Assembly (NCBI GenBank): GCA_963666315.2
Contig: CAXXHG010000003.1
Coordinates: forward strand, 8,134-72,133
Direction: 5' to 3'
Length of the DNA: 64,000 bases
DNA from: Candidatus Binatia bacterium
GTDB taxonomy: Bacteria > Desulfobacterota > Binatia > Bin18
The notes under the pieces are model-generated. The model was given only the letters and a program-made list of their open reading frames with translations. It was not told where the DNA came from and did not search any database. The first letter of the stretch is position 1; each line of letters starts with the position of its first letter. Shown piece after piece: positions 30,264 through 39,354 of this stretch. The position numbers and the translations under genes were made by a program.

Positions 30264-30496
30264 TTACGTCATACACCTTGTTTGACGACCAAACATTAGG
30301 GTTTCTTTGGTCACGCTCTTAGGCGTCAGCACCGATTCAAACGCCCCTGCTTCAAAATCTTTAAGGATTGCTTTTTCCTCTTTACTGAGTTTCAACTGGC
30401 TCATAACGTTTCTCCAAGATATTGCTTCGTAGCCTTTCTACTTGGGATTACTGTTTTTAAAAACATTTCTTTTCGATCTTCAACATATGGAACCAT
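30264..30496 (-). pseudogene. Toxin-antitoxin remnant: BrnT-like toxin C-terminus plus truncated CopG-like antitoxin
   Basis: MVPYVEDRKEMFLKTVIPSRKATKQYLG overlapping (ATGA) MSQLKLSKEEKAILKDFEAG. Confidence 0.7.
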
Positions 30497-30528
30497 TTAC
30501 TTTACGTGACGAACGCCATGCTGATATG

Positions 30529-32934
30529 CTAGGCGCTCTCCCGCAGCCACTCGGATTCTCCCGTTGTCGGCTCTTCCGCTTCGCCTTGGGCGAACTTCGG
30601 CTTGAAAATCGCAAACATGGCCGGCGTCAGAATGAGCGCCGAAAGCCAGTGGGTCATCATCAGAATCGCCAACAGGACAGCCATCTGGGCTGAGAAGCGC
30701 AGACTCGATAAGAAATACCAGGGGAGAATGCCGGCAATCATGGTCACCCCAGTCAGCGTCACGGCCATACCCGTTGTAAAAATCGTATTTTTTATCCCTT
30801 GGATCATATCGCCCCCGGCGCGGGGTACCTCACGCCGAATACGGTCAACAATATACAAAATATAATCCACCCCTATGCCCATCCCAACAGCCGTCACCGG
30901 CAGTGAATTAATATGCAGCCCAATACCCATAAACGAAATATACATATAACTGGCGACTCCTGCCGCCACGAGCGCCATCAAAACCATATTGGCTGCGGCA
31001 AATGAACCATAGCTGAGCAAAACCAAGGCATACACAGTCAGGATGACGAGAGCGGCGGCTTTCTTCTCGGTGCGATCGATCTCTTCATTCAAGGCAGCCG
31101 TTGTCCCAATCAATCCGCCTGCCAAACGAAACTGTAGGTCCGGAAGAGGATGCTCGGCAATAAATTTTTTGGCCCGGGCAATGGCCTCACGAATGGTGTC
31201 ACCGGTCGCATTCTTGTAAAACACCACAAACTGACCATTCCGAAACATGCGATCGGTGTATTCGAGAATGGCGCCCGAGTTGGGTGCCCCCATCTCGTAC
31301 ACCAAGAGAAAATTGGCTGTGGCCATCCGGTCAGGGGGCAGGATCTGCCAGGCCGGATCGTTGTAATGCCACAGCCGGTTAATACTTTTGAGCAGGGTGG
31401 CTAACTCGCGCGTCCCCCCAGCTTCGGGCTGAGTCAGCATATAGCGCCGAAATTCTTCTAAGGTCGCAATCACCCGCGGTTCCTTGAGAATATGATCGCG
31501 CTCGCCTTCCAGATAGATCACCAGCTGGGTCGAACCAGCAAACTGGTTGTTAATCTCGCGTACCGAGACATTATAGTGCGAATCCCGCCACAAAAGGGGC
31601 GAGCCCGATTCCTGCTCCCCAATGGGCACGTTGAGAGCCGTGCGTAAGCCAAAGGCAATAATCAACGCCCCACTCCCGACGATCACCCAACGGCCGATGC
31701 GGCTAGTGGTTAATTCACCCAGCCATGTCAGCACGGTCTGCATCCAGCGTGGAATGACATGTGCGGTACGCTGCGGCTGCGGAAAATAGGACAACAAGAT
31801 GGGCATGAGGTGGGTCAGGCAAAACAGATTGGCAAAGGCCCAGAATCCGCCGGTGAAATACGCCAATTTTTGAATCAGAGGAATCGTGGCGACAGCAAGG
31901 ACAAGAATGCCACCGGCATCACTAATCACGCTCGTCACCCCAGGCAGGAAGAGATCGTCCATACACGTAAACGCGGCCCGCTCCTGGTCCTTGTCGGCGT
32001 CCAGCGCTTCAAAATAGCGCTCAACAAGCTGTACGCCATGGCTGATCGCCCGAGCGGTAATCAATAAAGGAATGACTAAAATCAACGGATCAAGATTGGT
32101 TTGCCACCAGCCTATCCAGCCCAGCCCCCAGACGCCTTGCATCAGTGCTCCAAAGAGCGGAATGAGAATGCCGTAGGCCCGCCGGAAGTACAGCAGCAAT
32201 GCCGTCAATACCAAAGCGCCGGTTAAAATAAAAATCAAAAAGAGTTCGTCGGTAAAATGCCACACCCAGCCCTTGAGCATCGGCTCGCCAGCCACGTACA
32301 GGATAGTATTGTGGTCCTCAACCTGGTCTTTGAGAGCCGTGATCTGACGATAGATTTCGCGATAATCGAGACGTTCCTCGTTAAAGCCAGCCAGTATCAA
32401 AGCCGCCTTACCATCCGCAGAGATATACTGGTTGTAGACAATATCATTGTTGAACATCTCCAGGCGTAGCGCAGTCAGCGTTTGCGGATCAGACGGAATC
32501 TCGGCCGGTAGGACAGGAACGGACCGAATCATGCCTCCGGGCGAGGTCTTCAGGTTACGAATCTTGATGTGATAAATCGATGCAATCTGGTTGTGGTCAA
32601 CACCCGTAATGAGCGCCATTTGTTCGGTGAGCAGTTTGACTTTTTCCAGTGTCGCTTTGGTGAAAATATCGCCGTCTTTTACTCGCAGTACCATGGTGAG
32701 AACGTTGGCGGCTCCACCAAAGAGGGCTTTGTGATGGTTATATGCATGTATATACGGATGTTGCTGAGGCAGCAGATCGGAAAACTGGCTATACATCTCA
32801 ACCCGGGGGATTTGAAACGCCCAGAAGACGGTAATCGCTCCCAGGAGGCACAATACGGCTGGGCGATGTCGCCACAAAAAACGAACATATCTCTCAACAA
32901 GACGGTCGGTCAGGCTCTTATGTCTCTGCGCCAT
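30529..32934 (-). CDS. MMPL/RND-superfamily transporter
   Basis: 801 aa, two TM bundles each with a large periplasmic loop, ARAISHGVQ and GMGIGVDY. Confidence 0.88.
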   Translation of the reverse strand: MAQRHKSLTDRLVERYVRFLWRHRPAVLCLLGAITVFWAFQIPRVEMYSQFSDLLPQQHPYIHAYNHHKALFGGAANVLTMVLRVKDGDIFTKATLEKVKLLTEQMALITGVDHNQIASIYHIKIRNLKTSPGGMIRSVPVLPAEIPSDPQTLTALRLEMFNNDIVYNQYISADGKAALILAGFNEERLDYREIYRQITALKDQVEDHNTILYVAGEPMLKGWVWHFTDELFLIFILTGALVLTALLLYFRRAYGILIPLFGALMQGVWGLGWIGWWQTNLDPLILVIPLLITARAISHGVQLVERYFEALDADKDQERAAFTCMDDLFLPGVTSVISDAGGILVLAVATIPLIQKLAYFTGGFWAFANLFCLTHLMPILLSYFPQPQRTAHVIPRWMQTVLTWLGELTTSRIGRWVIVGSGALIIAFGLRTALNVPIGEQESGSPLLWRDSHYNVSVREINNQFAGSTQLVIYLEGERDHILKEPRVIATLEEFRRYMLTQPEAGGTRELATLLKSINRLWHYNDPAWQILPPDRMATANFLLVYEMGAPNSGAILEYTDRMFRNGQFVVFYKNATGDTIREAIARAKKFIAEHPLPDLQFRLAGGLIGTTAALNEEIDRTEKKAAALVILTVYALVLLSYGSFAAANMVLMALVAAGVASYMYISFMGIGLHINSLPVTAVGMGIGVDYILYIVDRIRREVPRAGGDMIQGIKNTIFTTGMAVTLTGVTMIAGILPWYFLSSLRFSAQMAVLLAILMMTHWLSALILTPAMFAIFKPKFAQGEAEEPTTGESEWLRESA

Positions 32935-33229
32935 TCAGTACAGGTTCCTTTCGAAATTTCCAAGTTTCCACAAAATCCACTGTTCCTGCTCAGGCTTGTG
33001 TATCTTGCGCAGCATAACGGGTTATAAATTTAGAACATGTTATAGTTTCTCTGTTAAAGAGAATACGGGGAGTATTGTGTTCAATTCGATCCACAATTCT
33101 ATCCAATAGTATGGCAATAGGGATCGGAAAGTACCCCGCGTTTATGAAGGGGTTGAGCAGGAAGAGCGGATTAGAAAGAAGAGGAGACGAGGGGCAGCTC
33201 TTTACCCTTGCTTCTCGTACTCGTTGGAG

Positions 33230-33445
33230 GCGTTCGAATTTGAAGCGGCCTTGGTACACAGAGCCCACCCGGCCATGGCGTCAGGCGAACAGGTTGGCCT
33301 GGGGCGTCTCAACCACGAGCCCCAAGCGACGGACAAACGCCAGGCCGTCCGGGTCATCATGCCCTCATGCCCCATGACGTAGCGCGCATTTCCGTGATAC
33401 GTCACGTGGGCAGAGGCTCCCGGATAGGCCAGCGTAAAGGGCGCT
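33230..33445 (-). mobile_element. Degraded REP-associated tyrosine transposase (RAYT / IS200-like TnpA) remnant
   Basis: Fragments RPLR, YPGASAHVTYHGNAR and GSVYQGRFK in shifted frames. Hairpin GTAAAGG-N7-CCTTTAC at 33487-33507. Confidence 0.65.
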
Positions 33446-33679
33446 TCAGGTGCTTGAGTTAGAGGCGGTGTTCTTCAAAGTCAAGAGTAAAGGATCTGAC
33501 CCTTTACCTCTCAAAATCAAGTTAGCCCCGAACGCTGGGCTACGATGGTTCGCTAGATGTTTCACGGACGGCCCCCACCTCCGTGCGATGTATCCGTCCG
33601 CCCTCTTGACGTCGGAGGCCTGACAGGTGTTAGCTGCCATTATCCCACTCAAACAGGCTGTCGCTTCGCGCCTCGTCCC

Positions 33680-33922
33680 TGCTTGCGGATTGCTGCGCGG
33701 CCCAAACATACGCATGAGGCTCTTGGCCGATTTATCCGCGAGTATCCCCAACTCCTCGAAGCCAATCGTGGCATTGATGTAGTCGCGGAGTACCGCCTTC
33801 CCAGTCTCGACATCCCCTGCGAGTAAGGATTCTACTCCTTCCCTTAGGAGCGCTTCACGGAAGGCGGGATCGCTCTGCACCCGTGTCTGAATAGTTGCCT
33901 TAAAACTTCGTGTCAGCGGCAT
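33680..33922 (-). pseudogene. Addiction-module antidote (HTH) gene, 3'-truncated
   Basis: MPLTRSFK..DPAFREALL..LRDYINATIGF..KSLMRMFGP..NPQA, then unrelated sequence. Confidence 0.75.
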
Positions 33923-33924
33923 TG

Positions 33925-34012
33925 TTAGCTCTCCAGTCTTTTTCTTCGTTTGTAATCCTGCCAAAGGGACTTTGCCGTGTCGATGTCTTTCTGCTGCCGT
34001 TTCTTCGTTCCC
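33925..34012 (-). pseudogene. C-terminal remnant of a RelE/HigB-family toxin
   Basis: GTKKRQQKDIDTAKSLWQDYKRRK* immediately upstream of the antidote gene. Confidence 0.72.
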
Positions 34013-34044
34013 CTACTAGCCCTTCCTTTTTTTAGCGGTCTTAA

Positions 34045-34073
34045 CCTAATGGTACTATAATGGTACTATTAGG
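34045..34073 (+). promoter_or_regulatory. hicAB promoter/operator
   Basis: Tandem TAATGGTACTA x2 (34047-34068) inside a CCTAAT...ATTAGG inverted pair. Contains TATAAT and TACTAT. Confidence 0.6.
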
Positions 34074-34075
34074 AT

Positions 34076-34270
34076 GTGCCGCCGAAAATTCGAGAACTAA
34101 TCCGCGATCTAAAAGCCGCAGGGTTCGAAAACCGTGGCGGTAAAGGTAGTTATCGGAATTTCAAACATCCTGGCGGAACTCGAATAACGATGAGCGGTTC
34201 TCTTGGTGCCGATGCAAAGCTGTATCAAGAAAAGGCCGTTCAGGTAGCAATTGTGAAGGTGTCGAAATGA
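34076..34270 (+). CDS. HicA-family toxin with conserved His replaced by Tyr
   Basis: KIRELIRDL..GF, GKGSYRNFKH. Confidence 0.82.
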   Translation: MPPKIRELIRDLKAAGFENRGGKGSYRNFKHPGGTRITMSGSLGADAKLYQEKAVQVAIVKVSK

Positions 34271-34605
34271 AAAAGTCAGCCCATTATTTGAAAATCGTGG
34301 AGTGGTCGGACGAAGATCAATGCTACGTCGGCAGATGTCCAGAGTTAATGCTCGGTGGCGTTCACGGAAAAAATGAACAAAAAGTATTCGCCGAACTGTG
34401 TACTGTCATTGACGAGTGGATTGAGATTTCGAAAGAGGACGGCGACAAATTACCGCCAGGTAGGGCCGGAAAGAATTATTCTGGGAAATTCAATCTTAGG
34501 TTGGGAAAGCAGTTACACGAACGGCTTGCAATAGCAGCGGTGAAAGAAGGGAAGAGCCTCAATGTGTACTGTACCGAAGCGCTCGAAAGCGAAATCAACC
34601 GCTAA
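34267..34605 (+). CDS. HicB-family antitoxin
   Basis: VEWSDEDQCYVGRCPEL, YSGKFNLR...LHERL...GKSLN. Confidence 0.9.
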   Translation: MKKSAHYLKIVEWSDEDQCYVGRCPELMLGGVHGKNEQKVFAELCTVIDEWIEISKEDGDKLPPGRAGKNYSGKFNLRLGKQLHERLAIAAVKEGKSLNVYCTEALESEINR

Positions 34606-34691
34606 CCAGTCGTCCAATCTGCATATAACCGAGTATCTCAATCACAAACCTGTGTCGATTGTGCACCGCACCGATAGGGAATGCGTCGCCC

Positions 34692-35144
34692 TCACACCTT
34701 CCCTAACTGACGTAACGCCTCATACAACACAATCGCTGCGGCGCTCGATAAGTTGAGACTTCGCACCTGCTGACCCTGCATAGGGATGGTATACAGCGTA
34801 TCCGCAAACTCGGTGCGGATCGTTTCTGGTAAGCCCCGGGTCTCACTGCCGAAGACGAGCAAGTCGTCTTCAGTGTACCCTGCCTGCGTGTAGGACCGCT
34901 CTGCATGAGCGGAAAAGGCAAGCAGGCGTCCGGGGGGACGACGTGCCAGAAAGTCGCTCCATGACTCATAGACGTGCACGTCGACATACGGCCAGTAGTC
35001 GAGGCCGGCACGTTTGAGATAGCGGTCTTCTAAAGAGAAGCCGAGTGGCCCGACGAGGTGAAACGTTGTCTGCGTGGCGGCACACAGACGTGCCGTGGTG
35101 CCGCTATTGGGTGGGATCTCTGGTTCAACAAAGACGATGTGCAT
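34692..35144 (-). CDS. trmL: tRNA (cytidine/uridine-34 2'-O)-methyltransferase
   Basis: PEIPPNSG, RAGLDYW, FGSETRGL, RSLNLS. Confidence 0.93.
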   Translation of the reverse strand: MHIVFVEPEIPPNSGTTARLCAATQTTFHLVGPLGFSLEDRYLKRAGLDYWPYVDVHVYESWSDFLARRPPGRLLAFSAHAERSYTQAGYTEDDLLVFGSETRGLPETIRTEFADTLYTIPMQGQQVRSLNLSSAAAIVLYEALRQLGKV

Positions 35145-35176
35145 GGGGAGAAGGGACTAGTCCTGCTGCTCTTGCA

Positions 35177-35653
35177 TTACTCTTGCCCTTTGGTCTGGAT
35201 GGGATAGACCGTCGCGCCGGTCCGCAGTACAAATTCCCCACTTTTCTCATCTTGGTGTAAATACTCCGTGAGTTGATAATAGGCGGAGCGGAGAAAGCGG
35301 GCAGGGAATTTCTGATCTTTGACTCGACAGTATAAGACGTCATTGTCACTAATAGACAGCGTCTGGGGAGCAAGCGCTTCTTCACTTTTATCATTGAGAC
35401 GGACGATGACGCCCTGGTTTGAGTATCCCGTGACCTGGGTGACAACATAGGGCGTATCTTCAATTTCAACGTCGGCGCGATCCCGGCCAATGACAATTTC
35501 ATAGGACCCAGTTGCAGTCTGACGGAGGCATTGGCTAAAGAGTGTGTTGATCCGCTGATTTTGGATACGCTCGTCATTGGCATACCACCAGCCGTCTTTT
35601 CCAAAATGTATCTTGCGTGTCGGGTCTATGACCCAGAAACCGGCTTTCGGCAT
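35177..35653 (-). CDS. DUF1285-like protein
   Basis: DGWWY, EIEDTPYVV, LYCRVK..PARF.R.AYYQL. Confidence 0.75.
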   Translation of the reverse strand: MPKAGFWVIDPTRKIHFGKDGWWYANDERIQNQRINTLFSQCLRQTATGSYEIVIGRDRADVEIEDTPYVVTQVTGYSNQGVIVRLNDKSEEALAPQTLSISDNDVLYCRVKDQKFPARFLRSAYYQLTEYLHQDEKSGEFVLRTGATVYPIQTKGQE

Positions 35654-35659
35654 GGCCGT

Positions 35660-36124
35660 TTACCCATTCCCTTTTGTTCGGCGTTCCGCGGTATCCAAAA
35701 TCAACGTCACTGGCCCGTCATTGATGAGTTGAACTGCCATAGCGGCCTGGAACTGACCGGTTGCAACTGGAATCTGATGGCGCCTGCAGCATGCGACAAA
35801 ATGCTCATACAAGGGTTTGGCTTTGTCTGCTCCTGCTGCGGCTGTGAACGAAGGGCGGCGGCCTTTTCGAGTGTCTGCATATAAGGTGAATTGCGAAACG
35901 ACCAGGAGCTCGCCTTGTATGTCTTGGACCGAATGGGCGAACTTCCCCGCCGCATCGGAGAAAATGCGCAACCCGATAATTTTCTCGCTCAGATACTCGG
36001 CCTCCGCTAACGTATCGTCAGCCGTTACACCGAGCAGGACGACGAGGCCCTGCCGGATTTGTCCAACGCTTACTGCATTAACCGAGACTTGCGCCTCACT
36101 GACTCGCTGGATGACGGCACGCAT
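35660..36124 (-). CDS. dtd: D-aminoacyl-tRNA deacylase
   Basis: [27 protein letters not shown]. Confidence 0.96.
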   Translation of the reverse strand: MRAVIQRVSEAQVSVNAVSVGQIRQGLVVLLGVTADDTLAEAEYLSEKIIGLRIFSDAAGKFAHSVQDIQGELLVVSQFTLYADTRKGRRPSFTAAAGADKAKPLYEHFVACCRRHQIPVATGQFQAAMAVQLINDGPVTLILDTAERRTKGNG

Positions 36125-36249
36125 GGTTTTCTTGCCTATGTGTCGCAGAATTTCAACAGTTAGCTGAGTCGCCCCTATGAGACAAGGCGAGACAAAGTGA
36201 GACGAGACCCGACCTGGTATGAAACCAGGCCCTCAGCTATGATCGCCGC

Positions 36250-37017
36250 ATGTATCCCGTCCTGCTTGAACTCGGCCCGCTGACGGTGTATAGCTACGGC
36301 GTCATGATGGCGCTGGGCTTTGTGGCTGCGGGTTGGCTACTGGGGAAAGGCTTGGCTCATCACGGCCGAGACCCGGAGCTGGCTTCGACCTTGGTGCTCT
36401 GGGCCGCCATGGGCGGACTGCTCGGGGCGCGGATTCTGTTTATCCTCGATAACTGGTCTGCCTTTCTCTTTGATCCTCTGTCTTTTCTTTTGACCGGAGC
36501 CGGTTTTGTGTGGCACGGTGGCTTGATAGGCGGCATAGGCGGCATCAGCTGGTGTATCCGCCACTATCAGTTACCCTGGCTTGAAATCATGGATGTCGTC
36601 GCCCCGGCGATTGCGCTTGGTCATGGCACTGGGCGCATAGGCTGCCATTTGGCCGGCGATGGTGACTGGGGGCCGCCTACTACGTTGCCGTGGGGCGTCG
36701 CCTACCCGGATGCCATTATCGGCTGGGATTATTCGGCTGAGGTGCTCGTTCACCCTACCGCGCTGTATGAAACGGCAGCGTATTTTGCGATTGCCGTTTT
36801 ATTATGGAGTCGCTGGTCGGTCCCGCATCGTCCGGGTGGCCTGTTTTGGGGGTATTTAGTGTTGGCTGGGATTGCTCGGTTTTTCTTAGAATTTTTTCGT
36901 GTCAATCCTCCGCTTATGGGGGGGTTCTCCCAGGCCCAGGTTATTAGTATCGGCTTAATCGTGGTTGGGGCTGCGCTGTTGCTGAGGGGAGAAAAGACGC
37001 AGGGCGTATCCGCCTAA
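36250..37017 (+). CDS. lgt: Prolipoprotein diacylglyceryl transferase
   Basis: YSYG, GARI, WHGG, GRIGC, HPTALYE, RFFLEFFR. Confidence 0.93.
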   Translation: MYPVLLELGPLTVYSYGVMMALGFVAAGWLLGKGLAHHGRDPELASTLVLWAAMGGLLGARILFILDNWSAFLFDPLSFLLTGAGFVWHGGLIGGIGGISWCIRHYQLPWLEIMDVVAPAIALGHGTGRIGCHLAGDGDWGPPTTLPWGVAYPDAIIGWDYSAEVLVHPTALYETAAYFAIAVLLWSRWSVPHRPGGLFWGYLVLAGIARFFLEFFRVNPPLMGGFSQAQVISIGLIVVGAALLLRGEKTQGVSA

Positions 37018-37037
37018 CTCGCGTCCGAGAAGGAGCC

Positions 37038-37622
37038 ATGACCGCCACCAAAAGATGGCTCAAGCCTGGGATCTTCGGCCTGGTTGTCCTGCTTGGCGGT
37101 CTGGTGGTCCTCATCCAAACTCCGTCGCAGACGAACTTGCCCCGACCCGCTCCTGATTTCTTGTTGCCGGATCTTAACGGACAAGCCGTTCGTCTGTCTC
37201 AACACAAGGGGAAAGTCGTGCTGCTGAACGTCTGGGCAACGTGGTGTGGGCCATGTCGGCAAGAGATGCCGACCATGGAAGCGCTTGCCCAACGGCTGAA
37301 AGGTGAAGACTTCATCATGTTAGCCGCCAGTCAGGACGTTGATGGTGCAACAACTGTTGGGCCGTATCTGCAAGAAGGCGGGTATACCTTCCCGGTGCTG
37401 CTCGACATACGGGGCGAGGTGGGCAAGAAATATAGAGTTACCGGATACCCTGAGACTTTTATCATTGATAGGCAAGGCCAGATCGTCTATCACCATGTTG
37501 GCTATAATAATTGGGTGCAGCCGCGTGTGGAGACGGCCTTGCGGCGTTTGATTCAGCAGGGAGTGTGGGACGTCGATGCCGGGGCGCGACTTCAAGGCGA
37601 TCATACTCCACTACGGCCCTAA
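37038..37622 (+). CDS. TlpA/ResA-family thiol-disulfide oxidoreductase
   Basis: TM anchor, APDF.L, WATWCGPC, GYPETFIID. Confidence 0.92.
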   Translation: MTATKRWLKPGIFGLVVLLGGLVVLIQTPSQTNLPRPAPDFLLPDLNGQAVRLSQHKGKVVLLNVWATWCGPCRQEMPTMEALAQRLKGEDFIMLAASQDVDGATTVGPYLQEGGYTFPVLLDIRGEVGKKYRVTGYPETFIIDRQGQIVYHHVGYNNWVQPRVETALRRLIQQGVWDVDAGARLQGDHTPLRP

Positions 37623-37787
37623 GAGCGTGTCTAATAAGTGTCTCTGTGGCCAAAGCCCGAGCGAAAGCAGCATGATCAAGGCGCCCGAAGCAGCTATATC
37701 TGTTGTGATATGGCGATGCAGGGCAACGCTAGACATGCTGCTTGCAGCCGGGCGACGCCCAGAATGTACTTTTTGGACACGCTCTTA
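37620..37787. mobile_element. MITE (168 bp) with terminal inverted repeats
   Basis: Left TAAGAGCGTGTCTAATAAGT versus reverse complement of right TAAGAGCGTGTCCAAAAAGT (18/20). No transposase inside. Confidence 0.8.
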
Positions 37788-37941
37788 GGATCCCGTCTTG
37801 CCCTTGACTCGTAAGGAAAATGTGAAGTGATTCTCGGGGTGACGGAGGGACGCCAGGTATCGATGGGCGGCAAGTATGCTATGATGAAAAATCTGTCGCG
37901 AGGCATGAAATACAGCAAAGGGCAGATAATAAAGGGGCAAT

Positions 37942-39306
37942 ATGATGTACGGAAAACGGCAACGAATTATAGTCGGGCTGATTGCCGGGGTGGTGGGAAT
38001 TGGGGCAATTCTCTTTGGCGGGTATGGGCTCAATCTTGTTTCTGCCGTCGACCGCAGTACGTACGAAGATCTTGAGGCGTTTACCAGTGTGCTAGCCATC
38101 GTCCAGAAGAATTATGTTGAACCAGTCGAGACCCAAGACCTGATTGAGGGCGCGATCGACGGGATGTTAGGTGCGCTCGACCCCCACAGCGCCTATCTCA
38201 CGCCCGACTCCTATAAGGAACTCCAAGTCGATACTGAGGGCAGTTTCGGTGGTCTTGGTATCGAGATCACGATCCGAGACGGTATGCTGACTGTTGTCTC
38301 TCCGATTGAAGATACCCCTGCGTACCGGGCCGGTGTCCAGGCCGGGGACCAGATTGTCAAGATCAATGGCGAGCTGACAAAAGATATGTCGCTCATTGAG
38401 GCGGTGAAGAAGATGCGGGGGGAGAAGGGAACGAAGATCACCATCTCGGTCCGCCGTGAGGACGTCCCGCGGCTGATTGATGTGCCCATCATCCGGGAAG
38501 TCATTAAAATTCAGAGTGTCAAATCGAAAACCCTGGAAAAGGGCTATGCCTATATCCGTGTGACCCAGTTTCAGGATCGGACGAGTACTGACCTGGATAA
38601 CGCGCTCAAGAAGCTGAGCCAAGAAAATGGCAAACTTGAAGGCATCGTGCTTGATTTGCGGAATAACCCCGGAGGATTACTGAGCCAGGCGGTTAAAGTG
38701 TCCGATCTCTTTTTGGATTCCGGCATGGTTGTCTATACCAAAGGCAGACTGGAAAGCCAGAAGCAGAAATATTTCGCTCACCCTGGAGGATATACGGATG
38801 TGCCGCTGGTCGTCCTGGTCAATAGCGGCAGTGCGAGTGCGTCAGAGATAGTTGCTGGTGCAGTCCAGGATCATGGCCGGGCGGTCGTGCTTGGCACCAA
38901 AACCTTCGGCAAAGGGTCGGTTCAGACGATTTTGCCGGTGGATGGCGGGGCAGCCTTGCGTTTGACCACGGCTATGTATTTCACACCGAATGGCCGGTCC
39001 ATCCAGGTGACCGGTATTGCTCCGGATATTGAACTAGAGAACCTCCCGGACGCGCAGGCTGCCATACGCCGGCGTCACGGCATTCGTGAGGAGAACTTAC
39101 CGGGGCATTTTGACAACATTGGCGAGCAGACGCAGCAAGAGACGCACAGCGGTGACTCCGATCCGGTTGATACCTCTGCCACGCCGCAAACCCGGCCTGA
39201 TATTAAAGCAGGCGAATTAGGAAAAGACCCGCAGCTCGACCGGGCGCTCGAGCTGCTTAAATCGTGGCGGGTGTTTCAAACCACTGTTGCTGAGGCGAAA
39301 GGCTAG
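37942..39306 (+). CDS. S41 carboxy-terminal processing protease (CtpA-like)
   Basis: LDPHS, PDZ GGLGIEI, DLRNNPGG, SASASEIVAG, TFGKGSVQ. Confidence 0.95.
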   Translation: MMYGKRQRIIVGLIAGVVGIGAILFGGYGLNLVSAVDRSTYEDLEAFTSVLAIVQKNYVEPVETQDLIEGAIDGMLGALDPHSAYLTPDSYKELQVDTEGSFGGLGIEITIRDGMLTVVSPIEDTPAYRAGVQAGDQIVKINGELTKDMSLIEAVKKMRGEKGTKITISVRREDVPRLIDVPIIREVIKIQSVKSKTLEKGYAYIRVTQFQDRTSTDLDNALKKLSQENGKLEGIVLDLRNNPGGLLSQAVKVSDLFLDSGMVVYTKGRLESQKQKYFAHPGGYTDVPLVVLVNSGSASASEIVAGAVQDHGRAVVLGTKTFGKGSVQTILPVDGGAALRLTTAMYFTPNGRSIQVTGIAPDIELENLPDAQAAIRRRHGIREENLPGHFDNIGEQTQQETHSGDSDPVDTSATPQTRPDIKAGELGKDPQLDRALELLKSWRVFQTTVAEAKG

Positions 39307-39354
39307 GTCCGGTGGGAGGCGGCTTGCCCGCTTTCTCTCTCCCTCCATTTTTCT

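Noticed and set aside
33446-33964. 172-aa ORF as a single intact protein
   Set aside because: Only MPLTRS...NPQA resembles an antidote protein. The rest is read-through into non-coding debris.
34600-34632. GCTAAC after the hicB stop as an integron attC site
   Set aside because: No matching GTTRRRY end or palindromic arms, and no integrase in the window.
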